Origin: an uncultured Clostridia bacterium
Lineage (GTDB): Bacteria; Bacillota; Clostridia; Christensenellales; CAG-917
DNA length: 64,000 nt
Direction: 5' to 3'
Assembly: GCA_944363035.1 (NCBI GenBank)
Contig: CALVTS010000006.1
Span: forward strand, 14,382-78,381
The translations under genes were made by a program, and so were the position numbers. Under the pieces are notes generated by a model, which had not been told where the DNA came from, did no database searches, and saw nothing but the letters and a program-made list of their open reading frames with translations. Of this stretch, positions 1 to 9,262 are shown one piece after another. Positions within the stretch are counted from its first letter, which is position 1, and each line of letters opens with the position of its first letter.

Positions 1-2511
1 GCCGCAGATGCCGAGGTGGATGTCGGGACGGGTGGCTCTGCCGAGTTCCGCCGCCATCTTGACGAGCTTGCCGACGCCGACCTGATCCAGTCTGGCGAAG
101 GGATCGGACTCATAGATCTTCTTGTCGTAGTACGCGCCGAGGAACTTGCCTGCGTCGTCGCGGCTGAAACCGAAGGTCATCTGAGTGAGGTCGTTGGTGC
201 CGAAAGAGAAGAACTCCGCCTCGGTCGCGATCGCATCGGCAGTAAGCGCGGCGCGGGGGATCTCGATCATGGTGCCGACCTTATATTTCATCTCGATGCC
301 TGCCGCCTTGATGCACTCATCGGCGGTCTTGGTGACGACGGACTTGACATACGCGAGCTCCTTGACCTCGCCCACGAGGGGGATCATGATCTCGGGCACG
401 ACATTCCAATCCGCGTGTCTTGCCTGGACGGCGATCGCCGCCTGGATGACCGCCTTGGTCTGCATGACCGCGATCTCGGGATAGGTGACAGCGAGTCTGC
501 ATCCGCGATGGCCCATCATGGGGTTGAACTCATGCAGGGAGGTGATGACGTCCTTGACCTCTTTGACGGTCATGCCCATATCCTTGGCGAGGGTCTTGAT
601 GTCCTCTTCCTCGGTGGGGACGAACTCATGGAGAGGAGGATCCAGGAAGCGGATGGTGACGGGAGTGCCTTCGAGCGCCTCATAGAGAGCCTCGAAGTCG
701 CCCTGCTGCATGGGGAGGAGCTTGGCGAGCGCCTTTTCTCTCTTCTCGACGGTGTCGGAGACGATCATCTCGCGCATTGCCATGATCCTGTCGGGTTCGA
801 AGAACATATGCTCGGTGCGGCACAGACCGATGCCTTCCGCGCCGAAGGAGCGCGCCTGACGGGCGTCCTTGGGGGTGTCGGCGTTGGTCCTGACATGGAG
901 GGCGCGATACTTGTCCGCCCACGCCATGATCCTGCCGAAGTCGCCCGTGACGGAAGCGTCGACGGTGGGGATGGCCTCGCCGTAGATGTTGCCGGTGGAG
1001 CCGTCCAGAGAGATCCAATCGCCCTCATGGAAGGTCTTGCCGCCGAGCGTGAAGACTTTCTTTTCCTCGTCGATGACGATCTCGCCGCAACCGGAGACAC
1101 AGCAGGTGCCCATGCCGCGCGCAACGACCGCCGCGTGAGAGGTCATGCCGCCGCGAACGGTGAGGATGCCCTGTGCGTAGTGCATACCCTCGATGTCCTC
1201 GGGAGAGGTCTCGAGACGGACGAGGACGACTTTCTTTTCGCCTTTGTTGGTGACCCAATCGGTGGCGTCTTCGGCGGTGAAGACGACCTTGCCGCACGCC
1301 GCGCCGGGAGAGGCGGGAAGAGCGCGTCCGATGGGCTTCGCCGCTTTGAGCGCCTTCGCGTCGAACTGAGGATGCAGAAGTGCGTCAAGCTGTTTGGGAT
1401 CGATCATGCAGACCGCTTCCTTCTCGTCGATCATGCCCTCGTCCACGAGGTCGCACGCGATCTTGAGAGCGGCGGTGGCGGTACGCTTGCCGTTTCTGGT
1501 CTGGAGCATGAAGAGTTTGCCTTCTTCGATGGTGAACTCCATGTCCTGCATATCCCTGTAATGCTTCTCGAGAGTCTCGACGATCTTGACGAACTGCTCG
1601 TACACCGCGGGATTGGTCTCTTTGAGGTGGGAGATGGGGGAAGGAGTGCGCACGCCTGCCACGACGTCCTCGCCCTGAGCGTTCATGAGGTACTCACCGA
1701 AGAGCCCCTTCTCGCCGGTGGCGGGGTTGCGGGAGAACGCGACGCCGGTGCCGGAGGTGTCGCCCATGTTGCCGAAGACCATCATCTGGACGTTGACCGC
1801 GGTGCCCCAATCGCCGGGGATGTCGTTCATGCGGCGATAGTAGATGGCGCGGGGGTTGTTCCAGCTGCGGAACACCGCCTTGATGGCGCCCATGAGCTGT
1901 TCCTTGGGATCCTGGGGGAAATCGGAGCCGATCTTCGCCTTATACTCGGCTTTGAACTGCTCGGCGAGCTCTTTGAGGTCGTCGGCGTCGAGCTCGGTGT
2001 CCTGTTTGACGCCCTTCTTCGCCTTCATCTCGTCGATGAGCTCCTCGAAATATTTCTTGCCGACTTCCATGACGACGTCGGAATACATCTGGATGAAACG
2101 ACGATAACTGTCGTATGCGAAACGACGGTTATTGGTCTTGACCGCGAATCTCTCCACCACTTCGTCGTTGAGACCGAGGTTGAGGATGGTGTCCATCATG
2201 CCGGGCATGGAAGCGCGGGCGCCGGAACGCACGGAAACGAGCAAAGGATTGTCCAAAGAACCGAACTCCTTGCCGACGAGCTTCTCGAGCTTGGCGATGT
2301 TTTCCATGATCTCAGCCTGGATGGCGTCGTTTATTGTCTCGCCGTCCTTGTAGTACTGCGTGCAGGCTTCGGTGGTGATGGTGAAGCCTTGGGGCACGGG
2401 CATACCGAGTTTGGTCATTTCGGCAAGGTTCGCGCCTTTGCCGCCGAACATTGCGCGTCTGTCGCAATCGGCTTGGCTCGCCTCTTTGAACTGGTAGACG
2501 AATTTCTTCAT
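1..2511 (-). CDS. ppdK: pyruvate, phosphate dikinase (3' end beyond window edge)
   Basis: Absent from the ORF track because it runs off the window. Reverse-strand translation from ATG at 2511 (RBS AGGAGG, 2518-2523) reads MKKFVYQFKEASQADCDRRAMFGGKGANLAEMTKLGMPVPQGFTITTEAC... and contains the phosphohistidine motif GGMTSHAAVVARGMG. The + strand ORF 16..2535 is its antisense shadow. Confidence 0.93.
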   Translation of the reverse strand, partial: MKKFVYQFKEASQADCDRRAMFGGKGANLAEMTKLGMPVPQGFTITTEACTQYYKDGETINDAIQAEIMENIAKLEKLVGKEFGSLDNPLLVSVRSGARASMPGMMDTILNLGLNDEVVERFAVKTNNRRFAYDSYRRFIQMYSDVVMEVGKKYFEELIDEMKAKKGVKQDTELDADDLKELAEQFKAEYKAKIGSDFPQDPKEQLMGAIKAVFRSWNNPRAIYYRRMNDIPGDWGTAVNVQMMVFGNMGDTSGTGVAFSRNPATGEKGLFGEYLMNAQGEDVVAGVRTPSPISHLKETNPAVYEQFVKIVETLEKHYRDMQDMEFTIEEGKLFMLQTRNGKRTATAALKIACDLVDEGMIDEKEAVCMIDPKQLDALLHPQFDAKALKAAKPIGRALPASPGAACGKVVFTAEDATDWVTNKGEKKVVLVRLETSPEDIEGMHYAQGILTVRGGMTSHAAVVARGMGTCCVSGCGEIVIDEEKKVFTLGGKTFHEGDWISLDGSTGNIYGEAIPTVDASVTGDFGRIMAWADKYRALHVRTNADTPKDARQARSFGAEGIGLCRTEHMFFEPDRIMAMREMIVSDTVEKREKALAKLLPMQQGDFEALYEALEGTPVTIRFLDPPLHEFVPTEEEDIKTLAKDMGMTVKEVKDVITSLHEFNPMMGHRGCRLAVTYPEIAVMQTKAVIQAAIAVQARHADWNVVPEIMIPLVGEVKELAYVKSVVTKTADECIKAAGIEMKYKVGTMIEIPRAALTADAIATEAEFFSFGTNDLTQMTFGFSRDDAGKFLGAYYDKKIYESDPFARLDQVGVGKLVKMAAELGRATRPDIHLGICG

Positions 2512-2753
2512 TTGAAACCTCCTGATTGGTCTTAAAATTTCTTTTAATCAAAGAGAGTCTAGCAAAAAAAGATATTTTGGGCAAGCGATTTCGGTTGCCT
2601 TGGGATTTTTTTTTTGCTAAGATGAGAGCGACGAAAAAATTTGAGGTGCGATATGGACTCCGACTATCGAAGTAGTCACAATCCCGCTTGATACGCACGT
2701 GTTTCGGGTTTTCTCCGACACGGCGTTTTCGGCGCGTCACCGGAGGAAACGAT

Positions 2754-3713
2754 ATGCTCCAGGTTTACAAGAAGATCAACAAAGCCACCATCTCGGTCGA
2801 TCCCGCCGTCGTGGACGAAAAGTACGATTTCCGCGACCATTGGGTCCATATGTCCAACCCGACGGACAAGGAGATCGAGCTCATTTCGCGTTCCACGGGC
2901 ATCGCGGAAGACATGATAAAAGCCGCTCTGGACGAGGAAGAGCGCGCGCGTGTCGAAAAGGACGACGACACCGGCGCCCTCCTGGTGGTGACGGACATCC
3001 CCTTCACCGAAGAGGACGACAACCACTACACCTACACCACTCTGCCCTTCGGCTTCATCTCCACTTCCGAAGTGATGGTCACCGTCTGTCTGGAAGAGAC
3101 CAGCCTCATAGACGATATGCTCTCGGCGCGTTTCGTCAAGGATTTCAACTTGCACAAACGCACCCGCTTCCTCATACAACTGCAATACACCATATCCAAA
3201 AAATTCCTGCACTACCTCAAACAGATAGACCGCGCCAGCCAACGCGTCCAGAACGTGCTGGAAAAGTCCATGAAAAACGGGGAACTCATCGAGATGCTGG
3301 ACCTGGAAAAATCCCTTGTCTATATCTCCACTTCCCTGCGCTCCAACAGCGTGGTGCTCGACAAGCTCCCCAAGATGATGAAGTTCTTCGAAGAGGACGA
3401 GGACCTGTGGGAGGACGTGGTCATCGAAAACAAGCAGGCCATCGAGATGTCAAACATATACCGGGACATACTCTCGGGCACCATGGACGCCTACGCCTCC
3501 ATCATCTCCAACAACCTCAACGTGGTCATGAAGGTGCTCACCTCCCTCACCCTGCTCGTCGCGATACCGAGCATGATAGGCGCGTTCTGGGGCATGAACA
3601 CAGGGGTGCCCTTCGAGGACGAGAGCTGGGGATTCTGGGTGGTCATCGGCATATCCGTGGTGGTGTGCCTGGTCGCGGGGATAGTGCTCTGGAAAAAGCG
3701 CTTCCTGAAATAA
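2754..3713 (+). CDS. corA: CorA-family magnesium/cobalt transporter
   Basis: GMN signature (AFWGMNTGVPF) followed by two C-terminal TM helices. Start moved to ATG 2754, which follows GGAGGA at 2742-2747. Confidence 0.9.
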   Translation: MLQVYKKINKATISVDPAVVDEKYDFRDHWVHMSNPTDKEIELISRSTGIAEDMIKAALDEEERARVEKDDDTGALLVVTDIPFTEEDDNHYTYTTLPFGFISTSEVMVTVCLEETSLIDDMLSARFVKDFNLHKRTRFLIQLQYTISKKFLHYLKQIDRASQRVQNVLEKSMKNGELIEMLDLEKSLVYISTSLRSNSVVLDKLPKMMKFFEEDEDLWEDVVIENKQAIEMSNIYRDILSGTMDAYASIISNNLNVVMKVLTSLTLLVAIPSMIGAFWGMNTGVPFEDESWGFWVVIGISVVVCLVAGIVLWKKRFLK

Positions 3714-3792
3714 GAAACCCGCAAAACAAGAAGCACGAGAAGTTTCCCCGACGCTCCGAATACGCGCTCGAAAACATTCGAAAACACACTTC

Positions 3793-3825
3793 CGAAACCG
3801 CCGTCATCGGCGGTTTCGTTTTTGA
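3793..3825 (+). terminator. Rho-independent terminator (corA)
   Basis: CGAAACCGCCG-TCAT-CGGCGGTTTCG followed by TTTTT. Confidence 0.8.
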
Positions 3826-3944
3826 AAACCGTTCGGTTAGATGACAGAAAATCGCTTCATCGGATGACAGAAAAAAGCGCGCGGACACAAAGCTCCGCAC
3901 GCATACGCCGAGGGACGCGCACCCCGCGTCCGAGATCATTTCGA

Positions 3945-3989
3945 CCGAAAAAGGCTACGCACACATCCGCGCAACGCGCGGATGTGTGC
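3945..3989 (-). terminator. Rho-independent terminator (gene 4011-5687)
   Basis: 14-bp GC-rich stem GCACACATCCGCGC/GCGCGGATGTGTGC. A T-run follows on the minus strand after a 5-nt gap. Confidence 0.55.
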
Positions 3990-4010
3990 AGGGTCTGTCC
4001 GAAAAGGGGG

Positions 4011-5687
4011 TCACTCCGCCGCTTTGTCTGCCGCCGCCTGAGCTTCGGCGGCTTCCTTTTCCGCCTTGGCTTTCGCCGCCTGTGCCGCCGCATGATCCGC
4101 CATGAGCACTCTCATGATCTTGGTCAGACACTGGATGACGATGGCTTTGTTCTCGGGACTGTTCTGGAACACGGAGTACGCCTGGAGCATGAGCATCGCC
4201 ACACGGATCTTCATGCTTCTGGAGAGGTTCATGGTCAGAACGTAGTCCACAAGATGAGGCAGCTTCGCGAGCCTGGGGGGCTTGACGTCCTCATCGCCCT
4301 CGTCGAGGTCCTCTTCCACATAGATGACTTCGGGCTCCAAAGAGACCGTCACGGAAGAGTCCGCCGCGGGGCGCGCCGCGATGTTGAGCCCTTCGAGGGA
4401 CTCGGGCGCGGAACCGCGCGCCATACCTGCGGGCGCGGGCTGTACGGACGTCGCCTGCGCGGGCGCGGGCTGTTGCGCATAGGGTTGCGCGGGTGCGGGC
4501 ATGGAAACGAGCTGTCCCACCTCGGCGCCGTCGCCGTTGTCGTCGTCAAGCACTTCCGCATCGACGACGAGATCGTCGTAACCGCGTGCGGTCAGCTCGG
4601 CATTTTGGAGTTTCTTTTTCTTTCTTCCAAACATAATTTCCTCATCCTCGTCATTTATTTCTATATCCTCCGCGTTCTCACCGCGGGCCTCTTCTGTCTC
4701 CTCTTGCGCTTCCTCTTCGGGGAGCGGGGCGCTCTCTTCGGCGCGTTCCGCCTCCTCGACAGCCTGTTCGATGGGAGTTTTCTCCTCCTCGGGAGCGTAG
4801 GTCTCGATGTGCTCCTCTTCGGGGAGGGTCTCAAAAACGCGCTCCTCTGCGGGTAGGCTTTCGATGACGCTCTCCTCGCTTTCGGGAGAGGGCTCTTCCT
4901 TTTCGGGGGCGGGCTCCTCTTTCACGGGGAGGGGCTCCTCCTCTCTCTCCCTTTCACGGACGACGGCTTCCAGCTCCTCCTTGGTGGGAGCGGGACGCGC
5001 GATATTGCGCGCGATGATGCCGTCCATTATCGCCGCCACCTGCAACAGCGGGGAGGCGTCCGTCGCATAGTCGCGCTCGGATTGCAGATCCACCTTGGAA
5101 TCCAGCTCCTCCTGCATGAGCGCGAACTTGCGCTTTGCGTCTATGTACTCCTTGCGGGCGATGAGCCACAGCGCCAGATATCCGACTCCGCCGATGAGCA
5201 GACCGAGCAGGAGCACCACGCCCACTTCGGAGGTCTTCATCGCGCCCAATCCCCAAAACGCAAAGACGGCGGTGAGCACCAGCGCTATCGCGATGAACAC
5301 GTTCGCCCTCACAGGGTCGGGACGTTTGACCTCTTTGTCGAAGACGGCGGACTCCGAAAGCACTTCGCTCGGATATCCGAACCGCACGCCGAGATAGCTC
5401 ACCCACGCTTCGCGCAGAGCGGCGGGAGCTTTCGCTCCGAAGCAGGATGCGGTGAAATCCGCCACGTTGTCGTCGTTGACGACCTCCTCGGAATCGAGAT
5501 AGGAGATCACCCTGCCGCAGGCGCGTCTCAGTTTGTATGCTTCGGAGGCGAGATATGTGAGCCCAATGACTACCGCAACGATCCCCAACGCGGCCGCGAC
5601 CACGATGTAGAACGATCCGATCTCTATCGTCGGGAGTTTTTCCGACAAATCGACCAAACCGTCAAAAATCTTGTTGAAGAAGTCCAT
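4011..5687 (-). CDS. hypothetical membrane protein with long acidic (E/P-rich) low-complexity linker
   Basis: N-terminal TM helices, then about 150 aa of E/P-rich sequence, then an Ala/Lys-rich tail. Start set at MDFFNK (ATG 5687). No family recognised. Confidence 0.6.
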   Translation of the reverse strand: MDFFNKIFDGLVDLSEKLPTIEIGSFYIVVAAALGIVAVVIGLTYLASEAYKLRRACGRVISYLDSEEVVNDDNVADFTASCFGAKAPAALREAWVSYLGVRFGYPSEVLSESAVFDKEVKRPDPVRANVFIAIALVLTAVFAFWGLGAMKTSEVGVVLLLGLLIGGVGYLALWLIARKEYIDAKRKFALMQEELDSKVDLQSERDYATDASPLLQVAAIMDGIIARNIARPAPTKEELEAVVREREREEEPLPVKEEPAPEKEEPSPESEESVIESLPAEERVFETLPEEEHIETYAPEEEKTPIEQAVEEAERAEESAPLPEEEAQEETEEARGENAEDIEINDEDEEIMFGRKKKKLQNAELTARGYDDLVVDAEVLDDDNGDGAEVGQLVSMPAPAQPYAQQPAPAQATSVQPAPAGMARGSAPESLEGLNIAARPAADSSVTVSLEPEVIYVEEDLDEGDEDVKPPRLAKLPHLVDYVLTMNLSRSMKIRVAMLMLQAYSVFQNSPENKAIVIQCLTKIMRVLMADHAAAQAAKAKAEKEAAEAQAAADKAAE

Positions 5688-5923
5688 TTTGCTCTCAGAG
5701 CCTCCGTATATAGCACTACAAATGTTATGGTAATTATACCACACGCGCGCTAAAAAGCAAGGCTTTTGCCCCTAAAAAGCGTTATAAGGGCACAAATTCA
5801 TCTTTCTCGGGAGGGAGAACGACGCCGAAGGGGGAGGGATTTTCGGCGGCTTCTCTCTCCCTTGCGGAGGCGGAGCGGGCGTCCCTTCCCGCCTCGGAGG
5901 CATTCGGAGAACTTCCTTTTCTC

Positions 5924-8900
5924 TTACAGCTCCACCGTCTTTCCCGTCTTGAAAGAATAGAGCACCACTCTGTCAACTTTTCCCAAAAACGAGTTTTCAA
6001 CCGCTTTTTTGTAAAGATAAAGCTGTTTTTTGTATTTTTCCATGGCTTCGGCATTCCTCAGCGCGGAGTTTTTGAAATCCACGATCACCCTCTCCTCGCC
6101 GTCTATCAGCAAGTCTATGACCCCCTGCACCAACACCTTGTCGTCGGGGCTCTCGCCGCCCACCTCGTTGGCGGGAAGATACATGAGGAAGGATCTTTCG
6201 CGATAGCATACGCTCTTTCTCGCAAGACGCATGACGGGGCTCGCGAGGCATTCGGCGATCGCGCCGACGTCCGTCGCGGCGCGCTCCGCCTCGGTGAGTA
6301 CGCCCTCGGATGTCATCCTGTCGAGCTCTGCTTCCACGCCCGCTCTACCCTCCGCCTCGAAGTCTATGTGCTCCATTATCTTGTGGTAGAGTATGCCCTC
6401 GTCCGCGCGGTCGGCAAACGCGCCCAACGTGAGCTCGTCCCCGCCCCCGTCAAGAGCGGACACGCTGTATTTCATGGAAAGTGAGGTCGCGGCGCGGTGC
6501 GGATATGAAAAGCTCATGGCCTTCTTTATCCTCGCAGAGGCGTCCTCGTCGGCATCCCCCACGGGAGGCAGCTCGCGGTATATCCCCAAATAGGGCGCGG
6601 GGTCCTCCGAATAATGCTTTTTGAGCACGAACATCTTGCCCTCGTATTTGGCTTCCCGTATGTGGTCGAGCAGAGAGACTGGAGGGTCAGGGAGGGGGAT
6701 CGCGCCGAAATTTTCCAATTGGCTCTTGGGACATCTGCCCGTGACGTAAAGGTATTGCTTCGCGCGCGTGAGCGCGACATAATATAATCTCGTCTCGTCC
6801 CTGCGCTCGCGGGCGGCTCTCATCGCAGAGAGCGCGGCAAGGGAGAGGGTCTTCTGTTTGGCGCGGCGTTCGAAATCGAAATACGCCATCCCGACATACC
6901 CTCTGTTGTCCGTCATGACGTCGCCGTACGCTCCCCGTCTTCCCGCCGCTCTGTCCGCGCCCGCCACGAAAACGACGGGAGCTTCCAGCCCCTTGTAGGC
7001 GTGATAGGTGGCGAACCTCACCTTATCCCCGCCCTCGGGACGGCTCGTCCTTCTCCTGCCCTCGGAGGACGCATAGGAGGAAAGGAACCTGCCTATCCCC
7101 GCATAGCTGTCCTTTGTCGCCTTTTCGGTGATGAAGGCGATCACTCTGTCCGAAGAACCCTCGCCCATTGCGCGCGCGCAGGCGTCGAAATCGAAATCGG
7201 AGACTATGCTCTGCAAAAGTTCCGGGACGCTCTTGAAACTGGCTTTGAGACGGTAGCCCGCGAGCATGGCGAGCATATCCGCTGTCTTTCTGCCTATGCG
7301 GCTCTCCTCTTTCGACGCGGCGAGCACGGCGTCGTAAAGGTCGCCGCCCTCGGGGCGCATACCCGCTATCACCGCGAGTTCCGATTCATCGAATCCGCCG
7401 AAGTACGAGAGCATGAACCCCGCGAGAGGTATGTCGTTGCGCGGGTTGTCCAATACGGTGAGGAAGCGGATGAGATCCTCTTCGGGACGGGAGCTCTCCT
7501 CCTCGAATATGCCCGCGTCCACGGGTATGCCCTCTTCCGCAAGATAGCCCGCGAGCTTTTTCATGTTGCGGGAGCGCGACCGCACGAGCACCACGCAATC
7601 GCCGTAACCTATCGGCGCGCCGTCATCCCTCTTCGCAGAGGAAGTGAGCTTCCTTATCTCGGAAGCGATGAACCGAGCCTCGGCGTAGGCGGCAGCCAAC
7701 GTCCCCTCCGCCGCGAAGAGATGCACCTCCGCGCCTCCCGAAAGGACGTTGCCGTCGATGTCCCTCCTGTCGTCCGTGACCTCGAACCGCCCCTCTTTTT
7801 GGTAGTCCACTCCCGAATTTTCCGCAGTCATGGCAACGTCGAAGATTCCGTTGACAAAATCCAGCACGGCGGGCACGCTGCGGAAATTGGCGTTGAATTC
7901 TATCGCCTTTCCCTCGCCGCTCTTTTCGTAGCGGCGCTTTCTTTCAAGGAATATCTCGGGGTCGGCAAGCCTGAACGCGTATATGCTCTGTTTGACGTCC
8001 CCAACCATGAACGCGTCTGCGGGGAGGAGCTTGCCGATGATGAACTCCTGCACGGGATTGACATCCTGATATTCGTCAACGAACACTTCTTTGTATCGCC
8101 CCGCAAAGTCCCCCGAGCGCACGAGTTCGGCGGCGTAATATTCCAGATCGGCGTAGGTCATAACATCGTCCGCACGCTTCGCCGCCGAGAACTCCGCATC
8201 CAGGTTTTCGACAATTTCCAACAGTTTATCGACAAATTCCGCGTTTTGAAGGTGCATTTTTGCGATCTGCGCCATGTCCGAAAAAGTCGCCTTCCGATCA
8301 GCGAAGAAGCTCTTTGCCGCGTTGACGGTCTGTTTCACGAGCTCCACCGCGTCGCTCTCGGAGCCTCTCTTTTTGGAGGCGCGGAAGGCGAACGCTTCCG
8401 TCGCCGCGTCCGCTATCCTGTCCACTCCTTCGAGATCCGCCCTCTCCGAGACTTTCAGGCTGTCCAGGAGGAGCATGACTTTTTGTTCATAGGAGGACTG
8501 CCCCTCGTCCCGCAATACGGGGAGGACGGACTCGAGGACCCTGCGCCAGCGCGACATCCTTTCACGGGCGTCGGCGGCGAGAGCTTCGGCATATCCGCCG
8601 TCCTCCGCTTCGCGGTAGCTCTCCCGCACCTTTCTCAGGAACTCCGCTCTGTCGGGCTGTATCTCCGTCACGCCGTAGAGTTCCTCCACGACCTTTCGGA
8701 AATTGTCCTCCCGTCTTCCCGCCGTGAGAGCGTCGGCGAGCTTTGCGAACACCGCGTCCCCCCTTTCGGAGTATCCCGCGAACACCGCGTCCATCGCCGC
8801 GGCTTTATAGCGCGCCTCCTCCCCCTCGCCTATGATGTCGAAGGAGGGCGACACCCCCAGTCTTTGGAAATTCGCCTTGATGAGAGCGCGGCAGAATGCG

Positions 8901-9262
8901 TGTATGGTGCCTATGGACGCAGAGGAGATGGCGTCGATATTGGAGCGCAAAAATTCTCTTTTGCTCCCGTCCGCCGCGCACGCCGCGTCGAAGAGAGCTC
9001 CGTGCAGTCTCTCTTTGAGCTCGCTTGCCGCCGCCTCGTTGTAGACGAGTATGAGCATATCCGAAAGAGGTATCCCCTTTTCCGCCTCGGCGATTATCTT
9101 GCGCACCATGGTGGTGGTCTTGCCGCTTCCCGCCGAAGCGGAAACCAACACTCTGCCGCGCGAGCATACCGCTTCGCGTTGCCTGTCCGTCAGCCCGATG
9201 AGGAGCCTCTCGGAGGGGGATCCCTTTTCATTCTCCCTTTCAGTCCACATATCTTTCCTCAT
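5924..9262 (-). CDS. addA: ATP-dependent helicase/nuclease subunit A (UvrD-like helicase + PD-(D/E)XK nuclease)
   Basis: Walker A ASAGSGKTT. C-terminal nuclease motif GVIDLLIDGEERVIVDFK. Overlaps the addB stop; the start could instead be ATG 9250. Confidence 0.9.
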   Translation of the reverse strand: MRKDMWTERENEKGSPSERLLIGLTDRQREAVCSRGRVLVSASAGSGKTTTMVRKIIAEAEKGIPLSDMLILVYNEAAASELKERLHGALFDAACAADGSKREFLRSNIDAISSASIGTIHAFCRALIKANFQRLGVSPSFDIIGEGEEARYKAAAMDAVFAGYSERGDAVFAKLADALTAGRREDNFRKVVEELYGVTEIQPDRAEFLRKVRESYREAEDGGYAEALAADARERMSRWRRVLESVLPVLRDEGQSSYEQKVMLLLDSLKVSERADLEGVDRIADAATEAFAFRASKKRGSESDAVELVKQTVNAAKSFFADRKATFSDMAQIAKMHLQNAEFVDKLLEIVENLDAEFSAAKRADDVMTYADLEYYAAELVRSGDFAGRYKEVFVDEYQDVNPVQEFIIGKLLPADAFMVGDVKQSIYAFRLADPEIFLERKRRYEKSGEGKAIEFNANFRSVPAVLDFVNGIFDVAMTAENSGVDYQKEGRFEVTDDRRDIDGNVLSGGAEVHLFAAEGTLAAAYAEARFIASEIRKLTSSAKRDDGAPIGYGDCVVLVRSRSRNMKKLAGYLAEEGIPVDAGIFEEESSRPEEDLIRFLTVLDNPRNDIPLAGFMLSYFGGFDESELAVIAGMRPEGGDLYDAVLAASKEESRIGRKTADMLAMLAGYRLKASFKSVPELLQSIVSDFDFDACARAMGEGSSDRVIAFITEKATKDSYAGIGRFLSSYASSEGRRRTSRPEGGDKVRFATYHAYKGLEAPVVFVAGADRAAGRRGAYGDVMTDNRGYVGMAYFDFERRAKQKTLSLAALSAMRAARERRDETRLYYVALTRAKQYLYVTGRCPKSQLENFGAIPLPDPPVSLLDHIREAKYEGKMFVLKKHYSEDPAPYLGIYRELPPVGDADEDASARIKKAMSFSYPHRAATSLSMKYSVSALDGGGDELTLGAFADRADEGILYHKIMEHIDFEAEGRAGVEAELDRMTSEGVLTEAERAATDVGAIAECLASPVMRLARKSVCYRERSFLMYLPANEVGGESPDDKVLVQGVIDLLIDGEERVIVDFKNSALRNAEAMEKYKKQLYLYKKAVENSFLGKVDRVVLYSFKTGKTVEL

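Noticed and set aside
16-2535. 839-aa + strand ORF, the longest ORF at the left edge
   Set aside because: It is the antisense shadow of ppdK. Its translation is low-complexity (D/G/L/E/R/H-rich) with no motifs, whereas the minus strand gives an unmistakable pyruvate phosphate dikinase with RBS and start at 2511.
2512-2753. M-box (Mg) riboswitch upstream of corA
   Set aside because: The available leader is roughly 110 nt at most and lacks the conserved M-box core. There is only a T10 tract and promoter-like sequence.
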